Virus record (IMG/VR): IMGVR_UViG_3300028205_000041
Span: 1-28,147 of that record
Reading direction: 5' to 3' (one strand)
Length of the DNA stretch: 28,147 nt
From: a virus
Lineage: Duplodnaviria; Caudoviricetes
Of the stretch, positions 1 to 8,131 are shown in pieces. Numbering within the stretch: position 1 is the stretch's first letter; the number at the start of each line of letters is the position of its first letter. Both the position numbers and the translations under genes were made by a program. The notes below the pieces were generated by a model. It had not been told where the DNA came from. It worked only from the letters and a program-made list of their open reading frames with translations, and did not search any database.

Positions 1-888
1 TACATTTCAGTAACAATAGCTAACTAAGACACCAAAGCAATAGTGACTTACCGAGATGCCGGAAACTCCTCCTACGGAACAACGTGTATCCTAGATGTTT
101 CAGGTTCTACCATAACCGCAGGAACTCCTGTTGTATTTGAGTCTGCCACCACAAACTACATTTCAGTAGCAATGCTAACCAGCACTAAAGCAATTGTGAC
201 TTATCAGGATGACGGAAACTCCGACTACGGAACCTCTGCAATAATAGACACAGAAACCGCGCTATACGTCACAGACCAGCACGTATCCGCAATATCTGGA
301 GCAGATACCGTAGACACAACATTTTATACTGACTTAAACAGCGTGACCGCAACGGAAACCTTGAACAGCCAAACAGCTAATTATGTGTTCTCGTTCAATC
401 CAACACTGGTTAGCAATGTAGTTACAGGTGGTAGTTTTATTGTCATAGGCAACGGTGAGACAGCGGCTAGAACCATAGCGAGCTCGTTAGCTTCTGTTCA
501 CGGCGGGGTCGATGGCACTTGGTACTACAACTCTAATGCGACTTATGCCTCAGAAACTTGGGCATCGTCAACTATAAACACAACGGCTGGCGCTGTAGAG
601 CAAGCACAGACGGTAGCGGCTAACAACATGAGTGGAACCGATGTGGGTAATGTTGCAGACGGCAACTGGCCTGCCTTTGGGACTAAGTTTGCTCTTGGCA
701 TTGTTTTAAAATCAACATCGACTTCTGCTACCCCTTCTGTAGATAAGGTTTTATTTGATTATGATGCAAATGTATTAAATCAAATATCTTACGGATACGA
801 AATTGACATGCCATCGACCGACTTAGTTAGAGTAACAGCACCTTCTTCCGGTGGGCCTCGCAACGCTCGCGTTTACATTAGCAAATAA
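1..888 (+). CDS. Tail fibre/spike or other virion protein, 5'-partial, with 51-aa beta-propeller-like repeats
   Basis: Thr/Ser/Gly-rich. The motif 'YISV.ML..TKAIVTY.D.GNS.YGT' occurs twice 153 nt apart (GTG at 43 and 196). It precedes a fibre-chaperone-like gene and the lysis genes. The in-frame stop at 25-27 disappears if three extra A's are removed relative to the second repeat copy. Confidence 0.6.
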
Positions 889-898
889 GGAATTAAAA

Positions 899-1186
899 AT
901 GAAACATACGCAGGCAGAACTAGAGGCCATTGTACATACAAGAATTGCGGCCAAGGCCATTCAGTCAATGCTGGATAACAGCTCTATCAGTAGAGGATAC
1001 TCTTCAGTTATTTCAGAGTGCAGTTACGCTTCAAGCAAGGGAGCTTTTGGAGTAGAGGCCCAAGTAACTGTGGACTGGAGAGACGCTGTATGGAACTACG
1101 CATTTGAGGTGCAGAAAAACGTAGACAGCGGGGCAAGAGATAAGCCAACATTGGCGGAGCTGCTTCAAGAGCTTCCGGTTAGGTAG
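899..1186 (+). CDS. Tail fibre assembly/chaperone-like protein
   Basis: AAGGA SD precedes ATG 899. The pattern 'IQSMLD...RGY..V.S.CSYA.S...F..EAQ..V.WRDAVW.Y......V.SG.R..PT..EL..ELP' is typical of small proteins downstream of phage fibre genes. Confidence 0.65.
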   Translation: MKHTQAELEAIVHTRIAAKAIQSMLDNSSISRGYSSVISECSYASSKGAFGVEAQVTVDWRDAVWNYAFEVQKNVDSGARDKPTLAELLQELPVR

Positions 1187-1224
1187 TTTTTGGTTGATAA
1201 TTCTTTACGCCAGGTAAATAACAA

Positions 1225-1488
1225 ATGCTAACAAAAGAAAAGTTCATAACGGTTGCGGCTGGGATCATAACGACTATTTTTGTTTCTTCAATGCTTGCGC
1301 TGTTTGGTGTTTTATTTTCTTTAAATTCAGGGGTTGCGGTTAATCAGGCATTGCTTGAAACGCAACTTAAAAGGGCGCAGGAATCGGACTTATCCTTAAA
1401 AAGCAACACGATAAGGCTTAACAAAATCGAAATATCCTTAGCTGTTATTGCTTCTCAATTCCAGAATACACAGGCGTCGATAAAATAA
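1225..1488 (+). CDS. Membrane protein (N-terminal TM helix plus coiled coil), holin candidate
   Basis: Hydrophobic stretch at about residues 7-33. Its stop overlaps the endolysin start (TAATG at 1486-1490). Confidence 0.5.
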   Translation: MLTKEKFITVAAGIITTIFVSSMLALFGVLFSLNSGVAVNQALLETQLKRAQESDLSLKSNTIRLNKIEISLAVIASQFQNTQASIK

Positions 1489-1985
1489 TGGATAAAAACA
1501 TATACGATGAAATAATTATAGCAGCCGTCAAGAAATGGCTTCCAGAAGATTATGACTGGCGGCTATTCAAGGCTCAGCTATTCCAAGAATCCAGCCTTAA
1601 CCAGTTTGCGGTATCGCCAGCGGGAGCCGTGGGGCTTGCGCAGATAATGCCAGCGACTTGGGCTCAGTGGTCTGTTAGGGCTGGCCACAAAGGCGAGTCA
1701 CCAACAGACGCGAAGGCCAGCATAGAAACGGGCGCATGCTATCTAGGAATGCTCATTGAAAAATGGCATTGGCCGAGGCCATCTATCGATAGACACTGCC
1801 TAGCGCTGGCAAGCTACAACGCCGGGTTTAGCAATATCTTAAAGGCGCAAAAAATAGCCGGTGGCGTTTCTGGATACAAAGAAATAATTGGCTCTCTTTG
1901 TCAGGTTACAAGCCCGAAAAACTGCCATGAAACAATGAATTATTCCAGATCCATATTTAACCACTATCTAAGCGATGTAATGTAA
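1488..1985 (+). CDS. Endolysin, SLT-family lytic transglycosylase (MltF-like)
   Basis: Motifs 'QES', 'AVSPAGAVGLAQIMPAT', 'LASYNAG' and 'ETMNY'. Confidence 0.92.
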   Translation: MDKNIYDEIIIAAVKKWLPEDYDWRLFKAQLFQESSLNQFAVSPAGAVGLAQIMPATWAQWSVRAGHKGESPTDAKASIETGACYLGMLIEKWHWPRPSIDRHCLALASYNAGFSNILKAQKIAGGVSGYKEIIGSLCQVTSPKNCHETMNYSRSIFNHYLSDVM

Positions 1986-2459
1986 TGCCAGCTAAGTCCA
2001 CCAGCGCCCTTGTAAGCAATAAGCTGTATACCCTTGGCGAGCCTGTTCTTATGCCATACCATAACGACGTGGGCATTGTCAGGGAGTTTGCCGCGCTATT
2101 CTATAACGTCAGATACATAGACGGCCGGTGGTGGCTTGAAATGCAGGAAGGCTTCCAGTGGAATGGGGCGAACAGATACCCGGATTATGATTTTATTTTG
2201 CTTCCGAGCGCAAAGCATGATGTTAATTGCTGGCTTATAGAGCATGGAATTATCCCGCAAGAAAGCAACGATTTAATTGATTTAGAGCTAAAGCTAGACG
2301 TTCAGGAAAGCAAGACAAAAATACCTTTTACAAAAGGCGGGCTTATCCCTAGAAAAATGCGCGGTTGGATCATTGGTCGCGCTACAAATTTGCATAATGC
2401 CAAGAAAAAAAAAGGACGTTATAGAGCATCAATTTATGTACAGAAGAATCGAATTATGA
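1985..2459 (+). CDS. DUF1353-like protein; as written it is fused to the next gene through an A9 run
   Basis: Pattern 'GFQWNGAN...D......SAKHD..C'. Removing one A from the run at 2405-2413 gives ...KDVIEHQFMYRRIEL* ending at TGA 2457-2459, an ATGA overlap with the next start. Confidence 0.5.
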
Positions 2460-2674
2460 AATACATTTTATTTATGGCATTCATTATGACAGGTTGCGCC
2501 ACAAGCGATAAAGGATTGCTCGAAACCCTAGAATTTGATTGCGAGGAGTACGGCACAATCAAAGCGGTCGGAGAAATAAGCGTTGGAACAATCCCTTTCT
2601 TTTCAAGCAAGGTCCACGTCGATTATGAAAAATCAAAGGACTCGGGCGACTGCGCTAACGGGAAAACCAATTAA
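2456..2674 (+). CDS. Small lipoprotein (o-spanin/Rz1-like candidate)
   Basis: MKYILFMAFIMTG-C is a signal peptide II with a lipobox-like Cys. It is the last gene of the lysis cassette. Confidence 0.6.
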   Translation: MKYILFMAFIMTGCATSDKGLLETLEFDCEEYGTIKAVGEISVGTIPFFSSKVHVDYEKSKDSGDCANGKTN

Positions 2675-2957
2675 AGGCTCTCCTGATAACAAGACTCCTT
2701 AAAACGCTTATTCCAGTATAGATACAGCCGATCCAAAAATTGGTTTCCGCATCAGGTAAGGCATACCCAGCCAGTGGAAAAACAAAGAAGTTAGCAACAA
2801 AGTTAATAGAAAACCCAATAAATACATTTGTCCACGCCTCGCCAACAGACTGCCACGGAGATTGGCCGTACTTTGGCGCTTTGACAAATGCTCCATAAAG
2901 TGTAGTTGACAGCATTAGTGCGATACCGCACAGCCCCCAAAATACTAAAGCGCTCAT
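2655..2957 (-). CDS. Conserved phage membrane protein
   Basis: Three hydrophobic segments. The pattern 'QS..QS..EA.TNV.IG.......VFP.......N..IG...T..S..RS...RR.FN' is common in phage small membrane proteins. Confidence 0.7.
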   Translation of the reverse strand: MSALVFWGLCGIALMLSTTLYGAFVKAPKYGQSPWQSVGEAWTNVFIGFSINFVANFFVFPLAGYALPDAETNFWIGCIYTGISVLRSLVIRRAFNWFSR

Positions 2958-3388
2958 AGGTTATCTGCAATAGAGTAATGCTTGGGGGATTTGTCCTTGT
3001 GGCTTTCTTTGATCTTGGCGACCATCGGCGAATATTTCTCAACCATCTTAATATAAGCGCCATTAAACATCCTATCATCAGTCATGTTGCCCTGCTCGCT
3101 TGCTTCAATCAATATGGCAAGGCAAGCCAGCGAGTGAGCCAGGTGAGGAAGCCCGCTGTCTGGATCTGTGTTTTCTCCCTCAAACCATTTATTCATGTGA
3201 CGACGGCAAGCATCATAATAAATGCTTGCGCGAACACCTACAGCCCTAAAATTAGAGCGGCCGTATTTGCTTGCGCCATCGAGCAGCGCAAGAGATCCGA
3301 GCAGGGTTGCCGTCTCAGGCCACAAATGAAATGGGATCTTGTCGCATCCTACAAAATCCTTGGGGTTTGTTTTTTTCACTTTGTGCAC
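2954..3388 (-). CDS. DUF5664-like dATP/dGTP diphosphohydrolase N-terminal domain protein
   Basis: Motifs 'K.PFHLWP', 'GASKYGRSNFR' and 'YYDACRRHM.KW.EGE..DPDSGLPHLAH...CLAIL'. Confidence 0.82.
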   Translation of the reverse strand: MHKVKKTNPKDFVGCDKIPFHLWPETATLLGSLALLDGASKYGRSNFRAVGVRASIYYDACRRHMNKWFEGENTDPDSGLPHLAHSLACLAILIEASEQGNMTDDRMFNGAYIKMVEKYSPMVAKIKESHKDKSPKHYSIADNL

Positions 3389-3558
3389 TCCTTCTCCATT
3401 TCCGAATCATGCCAGCCAGCTAACCACCACGATCTATTTGCCGTCTCAAAAACGCATGTTGCAGCGTCTTTGCTCTGGCCTTCTGTTTGTGCATTGTGTC
3501 CCTGAGCGTAATAGCGCCAAGATTTTTTTGTAATAAATTCAGGGGCATCGTCAATCAT
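3376..3558 (-). CDS. Ribosome modulation factor (Rmf/CrpP-fold)-like protein
   Basis: 'YAQGHNAQTEGQSKDAATCVFETANRSWWLAGWHDS' parallels the E. coli RMF segment 'HQRGYQAGIAGRSKEMCPYQTLNQRSQWLGGWREA'. Confidence 0.68.
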   Translation of the reverse strand: MIDDAPEFITKKSWRYYAQGHNAQTEGQSKDAATCVFETANRSWWLAGWHDSEMEKECTK

Positions 3559-3746
3559 TTTGGTTTACACTCCTTTTCAAAAGTTTCTTTATAATCCGGC
3601 CAGCCGTATTCGCCGCCGGTTTGGTTGAACATTTCAACCATTTCGCAGTAGATTTCGGATTCTTCGTTTTGGGTTTCTGTGTCAATAGATGCAAAAACGC
3701 AAAGAATAAAAAGTGCGCCCATCATAAACCAGTCTATAAATCTCAC
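3555..3746 (-). CDS. Small membrane-anchored protein
   Basis: AGGAGG SD, N-terminal TM helix and 'YCEMV...GWPDY...C' tail. First gene after the promoter at 3790-3818. Confidence 0.7.
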   Translation of the reverse strand: MRFIDWFMMGALFILCVFASIDTETQNEESEIYCEMVEMFNQTGGEYGWPDYKETFEKECKPK

Positions 3747-3789
3747 AATACGGCCCTCCTTTGGGCTTTGGTTAATGTGTATAGCAGTA

Positions 3790-3818
3790 ACTATAAACCC
3801 ATTAAATCAACAAAGCAA
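3790..3818 (-). promoter_or_regulatory. Sigma70-type promoter, leftward
   Basis: TTGCTT-17 nt-TATAGT on the minus strand. Confidence 0.7.
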
Positions 3819-3831
3819 ACATTTTAATGTT
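3818..3831. promoter_or_regulatory. Palindromic operator, copy 1 (AACATTTTAATGTT)
   Basis: Matches copies at 10544-10557 and 13101-13114. It abuts the -35 box. Confidence 0.7.
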
Positions 3832-3973
3832 TAACAGGAAAGAACTCTATAATCATTATGGAAGACGCCGCCGAACAGCTTGGCAAATCTTCCGCAATGA
3901 TAAAGGCGGCGCGACGGCTAACCGCTTGCCCCTGAAAATGTACGCCGTCAATCCAGATATTAAAGTATTTCAT
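3824..3973 (-). CDS. Small hypothetical protein, 49 aa (MKYFNIWIDGVHFQG...), absent from the ORF track
   Basis: ATG overlaps the stop of the A1-like gene (ATGA). It fills the gap in the leftward operon. Confidence 0.55.
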   Translation of the reverse strand: MKYFNIWIDGVHFQGQAVSRRAAFIIAEDLPSCSAASSIMIIEFFPVKH

Positions 3974-5622
3974 CTCTTAGCCCGCCAAGACCGGCCAAAC
4001 TTGTGTAGCAGCGTTCGTTTGCCGTTGGCATAGGTCACAACGTCGGTATGCAGCCAAGAACTAAGGCCTTCCGCATACTCAAGGTCCAAACGTGAATTTG
4101 TGCCCGCTCTGTAGTGGCCTCCTTCAATTGCCGGGGAATGGCCGTGCCCTGTGTTGCATTTTACGCCAATATCCTTGTAGGCGTTGATAGAGCCCCGTGC
4201 GCCGTTGACGCCTTTGTCCCCGTGGAATGAATTTTCTGTTCCTGCAATCATTAACGAATCGCTGCGCTTTAAGAATCTCATGCCGTCAAATTCCAAGTGA
4301 TCCCTTGCCAGCAATTCAAGAGGATTGGGAATCTTTGCCGACGTTTCACCCATTACCACGCCAGATAAAACCCGAGCCATCATGGTGTGATAAAACAAGG
4401 CGTTTTCTGGATCGAGATTAGGCTCGCCACGCTCCAACCAAGTGAGCAAGTGCTCATTGTGGTTTGAACCAACAATAAAGAATTCAGTATCAGCACAAAG
4501 CCAGCCTTTTGTTTTCTCAAAAGTCCGTAAAACTTCTTTCTCCACGTTGTTCTTGCCGCTTTTGTGCTTGGCGTAATTAATAAACACTCGGTTCTTGTGA
4601 TGATGTGATCCAGAATAGCCATCAAACCAATCGTGAAGCACTACTTTTTCAGGCTTTAGGACTTTTACAATGCAGTCCTTATCTAAAAACGTGATCCTTT
4701 CGCAATCTGGATCTATAAACTCTGTGTGAATATCGCCAAGCGTCAATCCTGCGGCCCTTGGGGCTTTCTTTTTACCCGTTGGCGTGTACTCATAATCCAG
4801 ATCGATAAAACTGCCATCCTCCATGGCGGCAATTTGCCTTGTGTGATAGGTGTCGCCCTCAATCTCAACGACTGTTGCGCCAATAATGTGATGAAAATCA
4901 CCTTTTGCGCCAGCTTTCGTGTCTGAATAATTCGACTTAGTGATTGCTCCAGTGGTCATTAATAACTTTGGAAGCTCGTGTTGTGGCGTCGCCACGGCCT
5001 TTAGCTGTACCTTTGGGTGCCCGAATATACCAGACATCCCTCCTGTTATCGCCTCAAGCCCTGAGAGCGGCTGGCTGGCGGTTGGCTGGGTTTTGATGTC
5101 TCCCATTATCAATATGTTGCTGTTCAGCACTTTTCTGTGATTCATTAAGTATGGCGAAACTTCGTCGGCCCAATACTCTTTTGACCTCTTGGAAATCTCG
5201 TTTTCACTAACGCTTGTCGGGTTTCTATACCTGCCTGGTATAACAACCAGCATGGCGTTTCTGTGTTTGCAGTATTGCTTGATCGATGCAAGGAATTCGG
5301 TATCAACTTCCGTGGCATTTTGCGCCCAGGTGACAACATAGGTCGGCACTTTTTGCGATAGCTTCTTATCTATTTTTTCAGAATTTCCAGCAGAAACCTC
5401 TTTGTCCGGCTCAATTATTGGTTTTGGATTATAGCCAGCGGCAATTGCTCTTTTCATAACCCGTCCAACGGCACGAACAACGCTTGAATGAGTCACGCCA
5501 AGAAAATCCGCAGCGGCGCGGCTACTCCCTTGGCTTATCCACGCCTCAATACATCGCTTTTCAACTTCCGTTGGGCTTCCCAGCTTTAAAATCTTATAGT
5601 CGGGGATTATTGGATTTGACAT
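3970..5622 (-). CDS. Phage T5 A1-like metallophosphoesterase-fold nuclease with N-terminal HTH
   Basis: Calcineurin-like motifs GDIH, HDxxD, SNH, HG and GHxH. A1-type segments 'T.AQN.T......FLAS..QY', 'PTA..PLSG', 'TG..T..NY...KAG.K...H', 'G.NG.RG' and 'SSW..T.V.TYANG.RTL'. 550 aa from ATG 5622 (AAGGA SD). HTH-like 'GSSRAAADFLGVTHSSV'. The frame is open upstream to 5850/5880. Confidence 0.82.
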   Translation of the reverse strand: MSNPIIPDYKILKLGSPTEVEKRCIEAWISQGSSRAAADFLGVTHSSVVRAVGRVMKRAIAAGYNPKPIIEPDKEVSAGNSEKIDKKLSQKVPTYVVTWAQNATEVDTEFLASIKQYCKHRNAMLVVIPGRYRNPTSVSENEISKRSKEYWADEVSPYLMNHRKVLNSNILIMGDIKTQPTASQPLSGLEAITGGMSGIFGHPKVQLKAVATPQHELPKLLMTTGAITKSNYSDTKAGAKGDFHHIIGATVVEIEGDTYHTRQIAAMEDGSFIDLDYEYTPTGKKKAPRAAGLTLGDIHTEFIDPDCERITFLDKDCIVKVLKPEKVVLHDWFDGYSGSHHHKNRVFINYAKHKSGKNNVEKEVLRTFEKTKGWLCADTEFFIVGSNHNEHLLTWLERGEPNLDPENALFYHTMMARVLSGVVMGETSAKIPNPLELLARDHLEFDGMRFLKRSDSLMIAGTENSFHGDKGVNGARGSINAYKDIGVKCNTGHGHSPAIEGGHYRAGTNSRLDLEYAEGLSSWLHTDVVTYANGKRTLLHKFGRSWRAKR

Positions 5623-5850
5623 TTCATTTCCTTTTTTGGTTGCTGTTAGTCTAATCATTTCATCCTTAAGCCTTTGCTGAATATAGCTATGCGCTTTTTC
5701 TATTTCTGCTAATCGGTTGCTTTTTTCCATCCTTAAAATTGATAATGCTTTTTTGTGTATCGGTAGGGCGGCAGCGCTAAAAATGGCTGCGCTTGGGTTT
5801 GGTTGTTTTCCGTTTAGGTATGCCGTTATTTGCTCGGATGCACGGACCAT
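5623..5850 (-). CDS. Hypothetical protein (MVRASEQ...), in frame with the A1-like gene as written
   Basis: GGAGG SD precedes ATG 5850. It joins the A1-like ORF across a 6-A run (5632-5637), so it is either a separate gene or an N-terminal extension. Confidence 0.45.
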
Positions 5851-6236
5851 TGTAAAAACGCCTCCCATGCAGCTTCCCATCCTAACGCTAAACAGGCAAA
5901 TGCACCAGCTTGTTGGGCTGCAAGCAAGTATTCAACCTGCCCCGGTTGCCAAACGCATTTGGTATGGTCTTGGCGCTTAAGCTCACAAACAAACGTTATT
6001 GAGCCAGGGATAATGATATCACTAGAACCGGGCGTCATGCCTTCCGCCTTGTGGCGGTCGGTTTGGCGTATGTCGCGCTTACCCTCGTTTCTTGGGTGAA
6101 TGGCTATTTTTCCATAGGTGTCTGGGTACTCGCGGCGCAGCTTATTAAAAAACGTCATTTGCTCAGCGCCCTCGGTTGGGCACTTTCCTCGAAACGATAC
6201 GTTCCCGAATACTTTTATGTCGCTATGGAGCTTCAT
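5826..6236 (-). CDS. VRR-NUC domain nuclease (Holliday junction resolvase-like)
   Basis: 'IHPRNEG...K.EGM.PG.SDIII.....CELK......Q..YL' is a PD-(D/E)xK pattern. It follows the helicase. Likely start MKLHSD at 6236. Confidence 0.85.
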   Translation of the reverse strand: MKLHSDIKVFGNVSFRGKCPTEGAEQMTFFNKLRREYPDTYGKIAIHPRNEGKRDIRQTDRHKAEGMTPGSSDIIIPGSITFVCELKRQDHTKCVWQPGQVEYLLAAQQAGAFACLALGWEAAWEAFLQWSVHPSK

Positions 6237-8015
6237 CTTTAGGCCTATCGTAATCGTAAACTCTATAAAATCCGGTTTCCGCATCCTTTTTATAGGTAAC
6301 GGTTAGCGGGACTCGGTCGCCATAATTGGTCGATTCATTGTAAATTGCAAGGTCTTTGGCTTTTGGTCCGGAAGAATAGCCAGGCATAAGCCAAACGGAA
6401 AACTTGCGGTAAGGGGTAACAATGTCAATCCTAATCGTTTCGTTTCCCTTTGCCGATACACTGGAAAAGCTAGACATTGATATAATTTCGTCGGTCTGAA
6501 TCATGGCGGCGTTTCTTTTCATTGCCTTAAATTCAATCCTTAGCTTTTCGTTAGGATCTATTATTTCACCTTTGCAATGGGAGCAATAACGCGCAGCAAT
6601 GTCATTGTCGCCATCACAGTGCGGGCACGCCTTAAACGTCCAGCGGTAGTCGCATTGCCTATATTCTCCAGCAACAAGCGCTAGGCCTAAGCAGCGGCGC
6701 CCGTGGTGCGCTGGCATTGGCCCCATGTCGGTTTCGATTGGTAAACCTTCCAGATCTATAAAATACCCGTTTTTATTTATCGGGAATTTTTCAGGGTTGC
6801 GTCTTGCTGAAAACTCGTTCAGGTTACTGCATTCTGGGCACTTGGTTTCTAATATTGCTTTTTCGCTACTTATAAAACCGGCCTTTATTTTTGGGTTGAA
6901 CACGTCTCCGTCTGGACAGTGGCGGTCGATGTTTTCGGCGTAGTCAAGAATCAAGCAATCCTCTTTGCCTTCTCTTATTCTTAGTCCGCGCCCAATGATT
7001 TGTTGTAACAGCGCAACAGATTCTGTTGCTCTCAATATAGCTATGACGTCAACGTGATCTGCGTCAAATCCACGGGTTAAAACGCCAACATTGACTAGGT
7101 ACTTTATTTCTTGGCGCTTAAAGGACGCGATTATCTTTTTTCGCTTTGTTTTTCCTGTCAGCGCTGTAAGTATTGCGGATATCTCGGGTGGCAGACTGGC
7201 ATAGACTTCCTCGGCATGTTGGACCGTGGCAGCAAAAACATAACGCCTTTGCGGTACTTGCTTTGGTTTATAACGTCGCCAACGATTGCAGCCGTTTTTC
7301 TGCCGTGCCCGTGATATGCGCGGTCAACGTCCTCACTTTTAAATTTGCCATTGCCATTAAGCGACATAGCCAACGTGTCATAGTGGCCGGAATTTATCTC
7401 ACCAATAACTGGTGGCGTCAACCATCCTTTGTCAATTAAAAAAGGAGCCTTTACAGTATAAACCCTCTTTGTGAAATAGGGATCCGCGCAGCTTGACTCG
7501 GGCATCGATTTGCCATTTTCATCAATTGCGTAGATGTAACCTGTTTTTAATCGATAGGGCGTGGCGCTAAACCCGATCACTCTTACTTGTGGGTTTAACT
7601 CCCTCACCTTTTCAATTATATGCTGGATGGTTGGCGTGATCTCGTGGCATTCGTCAACAATTACCGCAGCAATGTCACCACCAAACCGGCTGATCCTGTT
7701 TTTGACCGTGCCAGGCGTGCCGAATATAATTGGGTGGCGCATTGATACCGGACCAGCCGACGCACTAAACAAGCTGGCTGGGTTTCCTGTAAGCAAATAC
7801 TTTTCATAATTTTGCTCGACAAGTTCGGCGCTTGGCTGGAGACATAAAACCCGCTTACCTTTGCTAATTTTGTGAATCTCATTAGCCAGCGCTGCAATGT
7901 TGTGGCTTTTCCCTGCGCCGGTCGCGGCTTCCGCAACACAGGCCGCAAGGGTTTTCTTTATGTGAGACATGATGGCGCTGTGCATTTGTTGTTGGTAGTC
8001 TCTTAGCCCTGCCAT
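6223..8015 (-). CDS. SF2 DEAD/DEAH helicase with C-terminal zinc ribbons (RadD/YejH-like); one frameshift near 7234-7238
   Basis: Motifs LRDYQ, ATGAGKS, DECH and SATP. Adding one T to a T5 run restores 'MFFAATVQHA...YLVNVGVLTRGFD...QQIIGRGLR' and joins ORFs 7158-8015 and 6223-7035. CxxC pairs at the C-terminus. Confidence 0.92.
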
Positions 8016-8131
8016 TTATCGCGTTCCCTTTTGTCTATTCTTTCTTCTTCAAGCTGGGCGTCATTGCAGAAATCACAAAGCCCAGATTCGCTTTCTTTTA
8101 TTTCCTCATGGCAGTTATCGCATGTAAACAT
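8003..8131 (-). CDS. Small zinc-finger-like protein, 42 aa (MFTCDNCHEEIKESESGLCDFCND...), absent from the ORF track
   Basis: CxxC-x11-CxxC. Its start overlaps the exonuclease stop (TAATG) and its end overlaps the helicase start. Confidence 0.65.
   Translation of the reverse strand: MFTCDNCHEEIKESESGLCDFCNDAQLEEERIDKRERDKWQG

Noticed and set aside
2954-3388. 2-aminoadenine (Z) genome system
   Set aside because: No purZ, datZ or dedicated polymerase is recognisable in the window.
3827-4033. Plus-strand ORF or ncRNA in the gap after the A1-like gene
   Set aside because: Better explained by the minus-strand 49-aa ORF 3824-3973, which is coupled to the A1-like stop.
3970-5880. 636-aa length for the A1-like protein
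   Set aside because: ATG 5880 lies inside the VRR-NUC gene. SD-supported starts exist at 5850 and 5622, and the join crosses a 6-A run, so the fusion is unproven.
7234-7238. Programmed frameshift or true pseudogene in the helicase
   Set aside because: The T5 run is not a canonical slippery heptamer, it splits the helicase core, and similar indels occur elsewhere in the window.
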